The notes below the pieces were generated by a model. The model saw only the letters and a list, made by a program, of their open reading frames with translations, did not search any database and had not been told where the DNA came from. Position numbers and translations under genes: made by a program. Source: a virus. From it: a stretch of 64,000 bases of DNA. This document shows, piece after piece, positions 8,436-17,120 of the stretch (the first letter of the stretch is position 1; each line of letters starts with the position of its first letter). The DNA is taken from IMG/VR virus record IMGVR_UViG_3300026493_000016, positions 81,873 through 145,872 of that record. The stretch is one strand, 5' to 3'.

Positions 8436-8668
8436 TTAATAAACTCCTCCTCCGTCTTATTTGCTAACTCTACCAATTTCCTTCCCATCTCTCTAGCATT
8501 AGATGGATGTAGATATATGATACCGCTCTCGTAAATGTAATCGGTTATGTCTAGTTCTATACTAGCCTCAAGCGTTTTATCTTTTCGTTCCTCTACATAA
8601 CCTGATACAGCTACGTAAGCCTTGTCCGTACCATCTATATCGAAACAATCAATCTGTTTCCTCCTCAT
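8411..8668 (-). CDS. Hypothetical protein
   Basis: 85-aa ORF with AAGGAGG SD. Confidence 0.7.
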   Translation of the reverse strand: MRRKQIDCFDIDGTDKAYVAVSGYVEERKDKTLEASIELDITDYIYESGIIYLHPSNAREMGRKLVELANKTEEEFIKCHLADKN

Positions 8669-9314
8669 GTTCTACCTCCTTATCATAGCATGGTTTTTGA
8701 ATGATGTCAACACTTTCTTGAAATTCTTGTGACACTTCAAAACAAGCTGCCATTTTAGCTAAATCCCTAGTTTCATAGAAAACATCCCATCCCATAACAC
8801 GTCTACCTTCTCGATATCCGTTAGATAACGCTTGTTTTGATACATCAATCTTGACTGCTAGCTCTGCCCATGTATCCGCTTTGTGTAGTTCCCCTCCTTT
8901 TTCTACACCTTTTATCATGTATGCTGGAGGTGTGTCACCTACATACCACATTCGCCAACCCATTATCTGTTCCCATTCCTTGTTTAACACCTTACTTACT
9001 GAGTTGCGAGATAATCTGTTGTCATCTGCGAACACTGATGCGTTATCATGTATCGTAATCTCATTTTCATAAGGGTCATAAACATAGAATGGTAGTTTAG
9101 TTTGGTTAGGTAGTACACGTAGTACAAACATGTCCCTATTCGCACTACCTGTCATGTCACCTATAATATGATAGTAACCTTCCATCATAATTATTTCTGT
9201 TAGTGGATACGTCTTTATATATTGTTTACCTGTAAATGTATCTGTAGCTAAGAACGTTACTGTTGATGTTAGCGGTCTTCGGATTTTAGATACGTACGCT
9301 ATTTTCTTGTTCAT
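8649..9314 (-). CDS. Protein with two NUMOD1-like HTH repeats
   Basis: Two ~50-aa repeats ending IMGWRMWY and VMGWDVFY with HTH-like cores. Confidence 0.6.
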   Translation of the reverse strand: MNKKIAYVSKIRRPLTSTVTFLATDTFTGKQYIKTYPLTEIIMMEGYYHIIGDMTGSANRDMFVLRVLPNQTKLPFYVYDPYENEITIHDNASVFADDNRLSRNSVSKVLNKEWEQIMGWRMWYVGDTPPAYMIKGVEKGGELHKADTWAELAVKIDVSKQALSNGYREGRRVMGWDVFYETRDLAKMAACFEVSQEFQESVDIIQKPCYDKEVEHEEETD

Positions 9315-9676
9315 CAGAAGTTCTTCGCCGCATCTAAAATGTCATCGTAATCTACACCAGCTTCATATGCTGCCTTTAACGCAATATCTAACTTCTTCTT
9401 AGCTTCTTCGATTTTGTGTTGCTTTTGTTTCTCAATAAAGTCCTCTAACTCTTCTAGCGTGTAATCATATAGATTAGGTACGGTATACGTCTTACCCCAT
9501 CTAGATTGCAATAATGTAGAAATAATCATGTGCACACGCTGCTCATTTAACATAACATTTGCTGATTCCCCATCTGATGTATCCGTCATCAACAACGATG
9601 CGTATAAATCGTGCGCCCCATCCTCTAATTCAAATTTACAACCTAAGTGGTCTGCGAAAGTTAATTTTACCGCCAT
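9314..9676 (-). CDS. Hypothetical protein
   Basis: First gene after promoter 9707-9735; AAGGAGG SD. Confidence 0.8.
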   Translation of the reverse strand: MAVKLTFADHLGCKFELEDGAHDLYASLLMTDTSDGESANVMLNEQRVHMIISTLLQSRWGKTYTVPNLYDYTLEELEDFIEKQKQHKIEEAKKKLDIALKAAYEAGVDYDDILDAAKNF

Positions 9677-9706
9677 GTGTATCTCCTCCTTGTTTGGTAT
9701 AATATT

Positions 9707-9735
9707 ATTCTATCACACTATTTATAGTTTGTCAA
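9707..9735 (-). promoter_or_regulatory. Sigma-A type promoter
   Basis: TTGACA-17bp-TAGAAT with TG. Confidence 0.85.
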
Positions 9736-9736
9736 T

Positions 9737-9766
9737 AAAAAAAAAAGAAGAGATTATTTCTCTTCT
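9737..9766 (-). terminator. Intrinsic terminator of the polA operon
   Basis: AGAAGAGA-AATAA-TCTCTTCT plus long T run. Confidence 0.85.
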
Positions 9767-9960
9767 TCTACGTAGTACCCATATTCCCATTTAACTGTTT
9801 CTCCGTGATACTCTATTGCGTTACAATTCTTACATTTAGTACCTACTAGATGATACACGCGATTATCATCCCCGATACGCTCGGAGTGGATTGTACGCGA
9901 TGTTTCGGTAATATGTTTATGCTTGCAAAATTGACGCTTAATAAAATCAACGATTTTCAT
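9754..9960 (-). CDS. Small zinc-binding protein
   Basis: FCKH...CKNC motif. Confidence 0.7.
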   Translation of the reverse strand: MKIVDFIKRQFCKHKHITETSRTIHSERIGDDNRVYHLVGTKCKNCNAIEYHGETVKWEYGYYVEEEK

Positions 9961-10109
9961 CCCATTCTCTCCCTTATCTCTTTAGTAGCCATTTTGTTTA
10001 ATCTTTCTAGTAGTTTTTCTAAGTCTAGTAAGTCATCCCAATCCGCTTGATATAGGTCTAATTTCTTTGTTTGTCCTAATAATTTAATTAATTCTTCTAT
10101 CTTACCCAT
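9957..10109 (-). CDS. 50-aa helical protein (MGKIEELIKLL...), paralog of 10097..10294, not in ORF track
   Basis: Open frame; ATGA overlap with next gene; DWDDL motif spacing identical to neighbour. Confidence 0.75.
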   Translation of the reverse strand: MGKIEELIKLLGQTKKLDLYQADWDDLLDLEKLLERLNKMATKEIRERMG

Positions 10110-10294
10110 CTGTTTCCCCACGCTCCTTCCTCCATCCGTATTGCTAGTTCTGTCTCTAAGTTCTCAGTTAACTTCTTAGATAGAGAGGTAAGACGTGCTA
10201 AGTCTTCCCAATCCATCTCTTGTATATTGTTAGTTAACAAGCGCTGTGTATACTCTGTCAGGTTTCTTAAGTGATTAACGTTTTCTGTATGCAT
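10097..10294 (-). CDS. 65-aa helical protein
   Basis: Overlaps polA stop; DWEDL motif. Confidence 0.7.
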   Translation of the reverse strand: MHTENVNHLRNLTEYTQRLLTNNIQEMDWEDLARLTSLSKKLTENLETELAIRMEEGAWGNRWVR

Positions 10295-13200
10295 CTTTAT
10301 TAGCCTCCATTAGATTAATAAACTCATCGTACTTCTCTTCTGTTAACTTACCACAGTTCTTACAGTTTTTCAAGTGTTTCTTTTTCATATGGTAGTCACA
10401 ATATCCTTTAACTGTAGCGAAAGTAGATAGGTCTTCTGCATCGTAGTCTACCATATCATTGTAAGTGATACCAATCTCTGCATCAGCTGTTACTGGGAAT
10501 CTAGTACGTTCTCCTTCCCAATCGATATATAACCAGTCGATAGGTAAATTTTCCATTACGTGAACACCAATCTTAGCCATTTGTTTAATCTCTTCTGGTG
10601 GGCAATCGATTACGATACTATCGTGTACTGTCATAACGATACGAGAACGTAAGTTTAGCTTCTCGATAATCTTGTTGATTAGGATAACTGAAGAGTTTGT
10701 TAAGAATGCGCCAGTACCCTGTACACGTGTATTGTTCGATTGACGAAGTGCCTCGTTCTGTTTACTTTTATCTTTAGAGAAAATATCTCGAAGGTTACGA
10801 GTGAATCCTTGTTTCGTTTCGATATATCCATGGTCACGTACAAACTGCTTGTTACCTTCGATGTATGCTTCTACCGTTGGTTTCCCTGCGAAGAAGTCTT
10901 TAAATAGCTGCTCTGCCTCTTCTAATGTCATGTCCCACTTCGGCGCGAAGGACATCGGTACCTCACCATATACTACACCGAACGATACGGCTTTTGCTTT
11001 TGTACGTTCATCATCTGTGATTTCATCGATAAGCTTCTTGAATGTTAATGCTGCTGTCTCTTTATGGATGTCAGCACCTTCAATGAACGACTTAATCATT
11101 TCATAGTCACCAGAATCTAATGCTAGAATACGAGATTCTAAGGCACTATAATCGAGCTGGATTAATGCTCCGCCATCGAATGATGTAACGAACTCTCGTT
11201 TAATCGGGTTGATATAGTCGAATCGAGTAATATCACCAGACTTCCTTGGTAAATTTTGTAAATTAGGACCAGCTGATGATAACCGAGATGTCGCTGTACC
11301 TGTAGGATTGAATCGTCCGTGTAATCGTCCATCCGCATCTACCATTTCCAAGAACTTATAAGTGAATGATTGTTTACGAGTTTTAACTAAAGAATACTCT
11401 AGGTAAATCTCTGCAAGTTCTTTATGTTCCGGATAGTTGTCCTTAATGTACTCGAACGCTGTCTTATCCGCTTTAAAGTGATACCATTCTGCCTCATGCT
11501 CTGTTATGTTGTTGTTTAAAGCAGTATCTGTAAGATACTCTCGGTTAAATGGTAACTGTACCTCATTGATAAGGTACCATGCGCGTTGTTTGTCATCTGA
11601 AGATGCTGGATTAAACTTTCGTTTCTCTGGGTCCATAAGTTTAGTTCGCAATTTCTCAGTTTCTGGGTCACGCTCTGCTTTTGGTTTAGCAAACTCTTCT
11701 ACACCCATCTGGTACAGTTCTTCTTTGTAAGCTTCAACATCCTTCGACGTTTTATATGTGCGTATAAGCTCGATTAAGCGCTGTTCTTCTGCGATGTATA
11801 TCTCAGCCATATGTTTCACATAAGGGATGTCTAATTGGACGCCAGTAGCCTCTAACTTAGCTAGTACATTAGTTAGTTCTACATAATGGTTCGAGTACAG
11901 GTCAATCTTCTTCGTTAACCCTTCATCGTGTGCTCGTTTATCTAACGCGTTGTAGATACGTAAACACACATCAACGTCACCTGCTGCATAAGGACTTAGC
12001 ATTTCAAAGAAAGGAATCCATTCATAATTAAAATCACTACCATCAATTTCATTACGCGGACTCTGTGGTGTTCCGAAATCGGGCATCTTAGGCTTCACAT
12101 ATTTTAAATCCTGCTGTTTTAATAGAAGCTCACCAATCTGCTCCATAATGGTAGGGTTATCCTCTTTTGTTTTCATGTCTTTCTTGTAAGCTGTATTCTG
12201 TTTCTTGAGTACTTTTACTACTTCTTTTAACTCTTTAATCTGTGCGTTAGCTTCTGCACGGTCAAGTGTACATTGTTCTTTCCATTCATCCTTAAGTTTG
12301 TCGATACGCTTCTTATCTTCAGCGAGAGCATTCTTCTTAAAGTTTTCCTTGAAGTCTTCTAGCTCTCTATCATATCCGCCCATATCTGTAAATTCATATG
12401 TTAAGTCTGATAGTCGTAAAGAGTCTTTTACTTCTTGGTTGACTAGTAGCCAGTACATAACCTGTGTATCTCGGTTATTATTAAACACTGTGATGTTTCT
12501 AGTTAAACGAAGGAAGCGAATATCGAACTTAATATTATGCCCGACTTTAATCTGTTTAGAACCTACGAACTCTTCTACGAATTTATAAATCTCAGCTAAC
12601 TCTCCTAGATTCCAAGTGAAACATTTATGCTGCAAAGGTATGGTGACACCTTGTCCCTCACGCCACGATAAGCTAATACATAAAGGTTTAGCTCCTACCT
12701 TCTCTGCACTTAATGTGTTAGTCTCTAAATCCCATGCAACTACAGGAGCATTAACAATCTCTTTAGTGAATATCTCACGTACACGTGCAATCGTGGTAAC
12801 GTCCTCGTACGTCACTTTCTTAGGCATGAACGCTGAGTAACCATCCTCTACATATTTCTTTAAGATACCCATATCTGCCACTACTAAGTTAGTAATCTTA
12901 GGCTGGAACAACAAATATTCCATAGAATAAGTAGGGAGAATCCAACATTCATGTGTCTCGTCTGTTAATTTAGATGTGATAATCTCTCGTCTAGGCACAC
13001 CTCGAAGTTTAGAAATCTCTGATTTTCCTATTGTAGCCTTACACGACATATTACCCATCGGAACAATAACATCGGGTTTGTCTTTAATAACCCGAGCTGA
13101 GAACTCTTCGTATAACGGGTTTGCTTCTTTCTGCGTTACGGGTACGTATGATACTGCTTTCTTATTTCTATTACGCGTACGGACCTTAGGGACACGTTTA

Positions 13201-13376
13201 AACGCGTAATCGATGTACCACTGGTCTTGTTTAAGGTTCAATCCTTTCTTACCTACCAGAGCTGCTAGTGTTTTACCTGCTTCAGTATTGTGGTAGTTAA
13301 ATTCTAGTTCGTTTGTTCCGCGCTTCTGTTTGAAGTGCTCTTCGCGGATGTGGTCTAGCGCAAACATAATTTTCAT
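10275..13376 (-). CDS. polA: Family A DNA polymerase with N-terminal UDG-like domain and 3'-5' exonuclease
   Basis: ExoI WDLET, ExoII GHNIKFD, ExoIII YAAGD; TSRLSS..PNLQN; motif A DYSALESR; motif B RTKAKAVSFGVVYG; motif C TVHDS. Confidence 0.97.
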   Translation of the reverse strand: MKIMFALDHIREEHFKQKRGTNELEFNYHNTEAGKTLAALVGKKGLNLKQDQWYIDYAFKRVPKVRTRNRNKKAVSYVPVTQKEANPLYEEFSARVIKDKPDVIVPMGNMSCKATIGKSEISKLRGVPRREIITSKLTDETHECWILPTYSMEYLLFQPKITNLVVADMGILKKYVEDGYSAFMPKKVTYEDVTTIARVREIFTKEIVNAPVVAWDLETNTLSAEKVGAKPLCISLSWREGQGVTIPLQHKCFTWNLGELAEIYKFVEEFVGSKQIKVGHNIKFDIRFLRLTRNITVFNNNRDTQVMYWLLVNQEVKDSLRLSDLTYEFTDMGGYDRELEDFKENFKKNALAEDKKRIDKLKDEWKEQCTLDRAEANAQIKELKEVVKVLKKQNTAYKKDMKTKEDNPTIMEQIGELLLKQQDLKYVKPKMPDFGTPQSPRNEIDGSDFNYEWIPFFEMLSPYAAGDVDVCLRIYNALDKRAHDEGLTKKIDLYSNHYVELTNVLAKLEATGVQLDIPYVKHMAEIYIAEEQRLIELIRTYKTSKDVEAYKEELYQMGVEEFAKPKAERDPETEKLRTKLMDPEKRKFNPASSDDKQRAWYLINEVQLPFNREYLTDTALNNNITEHEAEWYHFKADKTAFEYIKDNYPEHKELAEIYLEYSLVKTRKQSFTYKFLEMVDADGRLHGRFNPTGTATSRLSSAGPNLQNLPRKSGDITRFDYINPIKREFVTSFDGGALIQLDYSALESRILALDSGDYEMIKSFIEGADIHKETAALTFKKLIDEITDDERTKAKAVSFGVVYGEVPMSFAPKWDMTLEEAEQLFKDFFAGKPTVEAYIEGNKQFVRDHGYIETKQGFTRNLRDIFSKDKSKQNEALRQSNNTRVQGTGAFLTNSSVILINKIIEKLNLRSRIVMTVHDSIVIDCPPEEIKQMAKIGVHVMENLPIDWLYIDWEGERTRFPVTADAEIGITYNDMVDYDAEDLSTFATVKGYCDYHMKKKHLKNCKNCGKLTEEKYDEFINLMEANKDAYRKR

Positions 13377-13396
13377 TAAATCTCCTCCTTGCTACT

Positions 13397-13425
13397 ATAA
13401 TACCATAATATCATAAATCTGTCAA
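13397..13425 (-). promoter_or_regulatory. Sigma-A type promoter of polA
   Basis: TTGACA-17bp-TATTAT with TG. Confidence 0.85.
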
Positions 13426-13428
13426 TAC

Positions 13429-13460
13429 AAAAAAGAGAAGAGCTATTTGCTCTCCTCTTT
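13429..13460 (-). terminator. Intrinsic terminator
   Basis: AAAGAGGAGAGC-AAATA-GCTCTTCTCTTT plus T run. Confidence 0.8.
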
Positions 13461-13586
13461 CTCTTTCATTCTCTTTTTCATTTCCTCGATACGGTCTCGA
13501 CAATCACAGCAACATCCGCCTTGAGTTCTATGAATCACTGGATAAACTTCGATACCACAAGCATCACATGTAGGTCTATAACTCAT
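13443..13586 (-). CDS. 47-aa zinc-finger microprotein (MSYRPTCDACG...CCCDCRD), not in ORF track
   Basis: Open frame immediately after previous stop; AAGGAG upstream; two CxxC. Confidence 0.7.
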   Translation of the reverse strand: MSYRPTCDACGIEVYPVIHRTQGGCCCDCRDRIEEMKKRMKEKEESK

Positions 13587-13587
13587 A

Positions 13588-13869
13588 CTACCAACTCTCC
13601 TTATCTACTATAATACGTTCACCTTCTGTGTATGTTTTGTATACGTAATAGTAGTTAACTTTGTTAGTGTTGATGTTTATGTCATTAAACGTAATCCACT
13701 CATAATTACTGTTGTTATCGCAGAAGTCGTTGAATGACTCTGTCTCTACGTTTACAATAGACTTCATGCTACCATCATCGAATACAAAGTGTAATGTCAT
13801 TAACACCTTTTCTTTTTCTTCAACTACTTCTTCTACTTTCTTCTTCTTAAAAAAGTTTAGTATCCACAT
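13588..13869 (-). CDS. Hypothetical protein (start revised to MWILNFF)
   Basis: AAGGAG SD before ATG at 13869. Confidence 0.75.
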   Translation of the reverse strand: MWILNFFKKKKVEEVVEEKEKVLMTLHFVFDDGSMKSIVNVETESFNDFCDNNSNYEWITFNDININTNKVNYYYVYKTYTEGERIIVDKESW

Positions 13870-13870
13870 A

Positions 13871-14347
13871 TTAAATCTCCTTCCAGAACGTCGCGTTCTT
13901 AAGGATATTCTGGATGTCAACTAAGTCTAATTGATGTAACTCATACAATAAGTCATCTACAGACACAGGTTTATAATTACCATCATCTAACATTGGAATA
14001 TCCATCATACGTGTTTCCTCATGTTCAACAATAACTAGTTTCTTACCAGCAGTCATTACACCTGCTAAATCTGTCTTCTCCATAATCCAGTCACTGTATT
14101 TTGCTTTCACATGGTTGTATTCTTTTGCTTCACTATAATATTGGTAAACGAATGTTCCTTGAGCTAATACCGCGAACGGTAATGAGTTATCGTGCTTTTG
14201 TTCTTTATTTAACATATCCCAGTGAACAATATTACCTTCAATAATCATGTACGCGTCTGTAGTGCCTTCTTTGCGATACCATCCTTTTGTGAGATGCGGT
14301 AATACTGCTAACCCTACAAAAAATTCACCTTCAATTCTATCTGCCAT
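13871..14347 (-). CDS. Hypothetical protein (paralog of 14565..15059)
   Basis: GLA motif and C-terminal DIQNILKNATF. Confidence 0.8.
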   Translation of the reverse strand: MADRIEGEFFVGLAVLPHLTKGWYRKEGTTDAYMIIEGNIVHWDMLNKEQKHDNSLPFAVLAQGTFVYQYYSEAKEYNHVKAKYSDWIMEKTDLAGVMTAGKKLVIVEHEETRMMDIPMLDDGNYKPVSVDDLLYELHQLDLVDIQNILKNATFWKEI

Positions 14348-14565
14348 TATTTAATCTCCTCCTTAGTAATGTTTGCTTCACCTTCAAAGAACATAAAAGC
14401 AATCGAGTCTAATGGTAGTGCAAAGTAATCAGATACTAGTAAACCTTTAAATGTGTTAGTTCTCTTGTTGATATACTCATCCATATCCTTAGCCATTAGA
14501 CGTACACTATCTTTAATCTCCCTACCATCTTTAGTAAGGATAACCACAATATATGTGTTAAACAT
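14347..14565 (-). CDS. Hypothetical protein
   Basis: 72-aa ORF, translationally coupled. Confidence 0.75.
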   Translation of the reverse strand: MFNTYIVVILTKDGREIKDSVRLMAKDMDEYINKRTNTFKGLLVSDYFALPLDSIAFMFFEGEANITKEEIK

Positions 14566-15059
14566 TACTTCTCCCCCTTAATCAACTTCTTGAATTGAGC
14601 GTGGTTTATACCTACTACAAATGTTGAGCTATTAAGTATCTCAGATACATCTTCTGATGCGAATTCTTTTGATACATTCTCTAGGAACTTAGCCAACGAC
14701 ACTCCTCTGTTACCATATATCGCCGTATAGTATTCATGTGTACATCTAACCTCGTTAAACTGTTTTCTTGCTTCCTCGAAATTAGATTCTGTACTACCAC
14801 TTAGGTCGTAAGGCACCAGTTTTGCGTTACCGGATACACTCATGCTCATCCCTAGCAACTTGTCAAAGGATATCTCACTTACATAGTCGCTAGACAGTAC
14901 ACCATTTTGTGTGAATCTAACTTTTCGTAAGTCATTATTCTTAACGTAGTAGTACTCGTGGTAACCTCCATTAAGACCTGCGCTTAGTACATGCCCATCT
15001 AACATCGATGTTAAGGCTAACCCAGTTACTACTCTACCTAAATTAATCTGTTTGTACAT
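14565..15059 (-). CDS. Hypothetical protein (paralog of 13871..14347)
   Basis: GLA motif and C-terminal DVSEILNSSTF; strong SD. Confidence 0.8.
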   Translation of the reverse strand: MYKQINLGRVVTGLALTSMLDGHVLSAGLNGGYHEYYYVKNNDLRKVRFTQNGVLSSDYVSEISFDKLLGMSMSVSGNAKLVPYDLSGSTESNFEEARKQFNEVRCTHEYYTAIYGNRGVSLAKFLENVSKEFASEDVSEILNSSTFVVGINHAQFKKLIKGEK

Positions 15060-15091
15060 ATTATCTCTCCTCCTCTTTCTTAACTGTCTTT

Positions 15092-15120
15092 ATCTTACCA
15101 TATGTTTCTAGTAAGTACAA
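15092..15120 (-). promoter_or_regulatory. Sigma-A type promoter
   Basis: TTGTAC-17bp-TAAGAT with TG. Confidence 0.65.
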
Positions 15121-15130
15121 CCCCTAAAAT

Positions 15131-15158
15131 AAAAAAAAAGAGAAGATTATTCTTCTCT
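15131..15158 (-). terminator. Intrinsic terminator
   Basis: AGAGAAGA-ATAA-TCTTCTCT plus long T run. Confidence 0.85.
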
Positions 15159-15380
15159 AATAAAAATAGGAACAGGGAAGTTATCGAAATCCCATACAGA
15201 CCGCTTACCACAAGGTCTACATATGAATCTATAATAACGTTCGCTCTCAATATATCTAACTTTACTTTCTGCTTTAATCATACCAGCACTACAGCTAGGG
15301 CAAAATACCTCACAAGTTTGTTTACTTTTCTGCTTGTCTCCACCGAAAAACATATCAACTATCTTTTTCATTACGTTCAT
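15147..15380 (-). CDS. Zinc-ribbon protein
   Basis: CPSC...CRPC. Confidence 0.75.
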   Translation of the reverse strand: MNVMKKIVDMFFGGDKQKSKQTCEVFCPSCSAGMIKAESKVRYIESERYYRFICRPCGKRSVWDFDNFPVPIFIREE

Positions 15381-15681
15381 GCTTCCACTCCTTTGCAGGT
15401 ATTCTAATAGATTCCAGCTTTTTAAGCAGCTGCGGCTTCACTACGTACGTTTCTTCTCTTGTAACATATCTTTCGTTGAGTTGGTCCCAACACTTCTTCT
15501 TCGGCAGCTTAACCATGTCTAACGTAAGGGATTTACCTAACTTAACTTTCTCGCCACTTAGTAACGCATCTTCGATAACATCCTCTAGTAATTTAAGTAC
15601 ATCGTCCATATCCCCTAATGTATATCCGCCGTTATAGGCAATACGTCGAGCTAGTTCTTGTCGATTCACTAGATTGTTCAT
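15355..15681 (-). CDS. HU/IHF-family DNA-binding protein
   Basis: NRQELARRIA...ALLSGEKVKLG pattern plus arm region. Confidence 0.85.
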   Translation of the reverse strand: MNNLVNRQELARRIAYNGGYTLGDMDDVLKLLEDVIEDALLSGEKVKLGKSLTLDMVKLPKKKCWDQLNERYVTREETYVVKPQLLKKLESIRIPAKEWKHERNEKDS

Positions 15682-16448
15682 CTCACACCATCCAGAATTG
15701 TGACATTATGATTATACTTAAACTTACGGTTTTTCGTATCTACTAGACACTCAACCTCGTTAACATCAAATGCGTCATCACAAACAATCCAAATATTCAT
15801 CTTCCAAGTTGATAGCGGTTCTTGAAGGTGACAGAAACATTTGTATTTGTATTCCGGAAGCACGTAGAACTTACCATCGCGTTCTTCATAATATTTGCTG
15901 CGTTCTTCTGTAATCTCTTCAGATTCTAAAGCTGGGAAACTAATACGCACCTTATCGACATGGTACCGTAGGTTGTGAAGGCTAAATAGATAATCGTACA
16001 CATTTATATCCGGAAGAACGATAGGTGCGTCTACGACCGTGCTAGTAGCCATAGAAGCCAATCTAACATTCTCCACTTCATCTGCTGTGTATTCTTTCTT
16101 CGGTCCATAGATAATCTCCGATTCTGGGACACCTGCTAGTTTGTTAATTACATGTACACTTGCTTTACCTGTTACATAATATTGGATGAAACCGCCGTGG
16201 TCGAATACTAAATTGTTTAACGTATCATCACCGTATCTTTGCTGGTATACTAGGTACTTATTCTCATCTCGTTCAGTAATGATTGATGATTTGTCTTTTA
16301 GTTCACCTAGCGTATGGTAAAGCTCTTCTGCGTTTAATGCAGTCACCTTGATACCTTCTGCTTCTTTTTCTACTGTTGTATAATTAGCGTTAACACTTCG
16401 GTCCGAGTTATGGATGTTAACTGTTCTTTTTCTCACGTTCTTTGCCAT
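15678..16448 (-). CDS. Conserved herellevirus protein (possible degenerate radical-SAM/SPL-like fold)
   Basis: Position upstream of HU; weak motif resemblance, see findings. Confidence 0.7.
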   Translation of the reverse strand: MAKNVRKRTVNIHNSDRSVNANYTTVEKEAEGIKVTALNAEELYHTLGELKDKSSIITERDENKYLVYQQRYGDDTLNNLVFDHGGFIQYYVTGKASVHVINKLAGVPESEIIYGPKKEYTADEVENVRLASMATSTVVDAPIVLPDINVYDYLFSLHNLRYHVDKVRISFPALESEEITEERSKYYEERDGKFYVLPEYKYKCFCHLQEPLSTWKMNIWIVCDDAFDVNEVECLVDTKNRKFKYNHNVTILDGVR

Positions 16449-16476
16449 AGTATGACCTCCTATTTGTCTATACTAT

Positions 16477-16490
16477 TAGTATAGCACAAC
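16477..16490 (-). promoter_or_regulatory. Promoter motif GTTGTGCTATACTA
   Basis: 14-mer identical to 60490-60503. Confidence 0.65.
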
Positions 16491-16504
16491 ATAAAAAGTA
16501 CAAC

Positions 16505-16532
16505 AAAATAGAGTCCTTTTTAGGGGACTCTA
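16505..16532 (-). terminator. Intrinsic terminator
   Basis: TAGAGTCC...GGACTCTA followed by TTTTGTT. Confidence 0.7.
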
Positions 16533-16691
16533 CTTCATTCCAGTTAGCACAATTGACGTGATAATCATATCTTGTTTTGTGTATTGGATACGATGGATAA
16601 TCTGCTCTAGCATTGTTAGGTTCTTTGCATCCAAGCTAGCGTATCGTCGTTTGTTATCGGCTGTTACGTAAGATACAGAGTATGTGTTCAT
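16530..16691 (-). CDS. 53-aa hypothetical protein (MNTYSVSYV...), not in ORF track
   Basis: ATGA overlap with upstream stop; frame open to the terminator. Confidence 0.6.
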   Translation of the reverse strand: MNTYSVSYVTADNKRRYASLDAKNLTMLEQIIHRIQYTKQDMIITSIVLTGMK

Positions 16692-16954
16692 CGGTATAAA
16701 CTCTCTTTCTCTTTTACTAGATGGTTAACTAATGTGTCTTTTGCTACTTTAATCATCTTCTCCAGATTCCCTACTGTACAGTCGTTAATCTTAATCATTT
16801 CTACCTTCGCACTCATCGTTAATGCTACTAACGCGTTCTGTCCTTCCTTAGAAGAACTAACGATTACACACTCTCCTATACTGACTGTGAACTCATTAGA
16901 GTTCGACACTAAGTTTGAAATCTTCCCACTCATCTTCGCAATTGCATTCAACAT
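16688..16954 (-). CDS. Hypothetical protein
   Basis: ORF track; start uncertain. Confidence 0.6.
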   Translation of the reverse strand: MLNAIAKMSGKISNLVSNSNEFTVSIGECVIVSSSKEGQNALVALTMSAKVEMIKINDCTVGNLEKMIKVAKDTLVNHLVKEKESLYR

Positions 16955-17120
16955 GGTAACTCTCCCCTACTGGTTGGCAGTCACACTGTGTTAGCTCCTC
17001 TACTAACTCCTCTTCTGTTGTATGAAGTAAGTTTTCTAATGTGTAAGTGCCAACTCTGTTTTTCCCTTTATCGTTTGTTATAACAATCGTTACGTACTGC
17101 GTATCTAATGACCTAAGCAT
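16896..17120 (-). CDS. Hypothetical Cys-containing protein
   Basis: CDC...CNC. Confidence 0.7.
   Translation of the reverse strand: MLRSLDTQYVTIVITNDKGKNRVGTYTLENLLHTTEEELVEELTQCDCQPVGESYHVECNCEDEWEDFKLSVEL

Noticed and set aside
10275-13376. Group I intron or intein in polA (also checked recA, nrdA, nrdB and the helicases)
   Set aside because: ORFs are uninterrupted and of normal length, with no intein splice motifs or embedded endonuclease seen.
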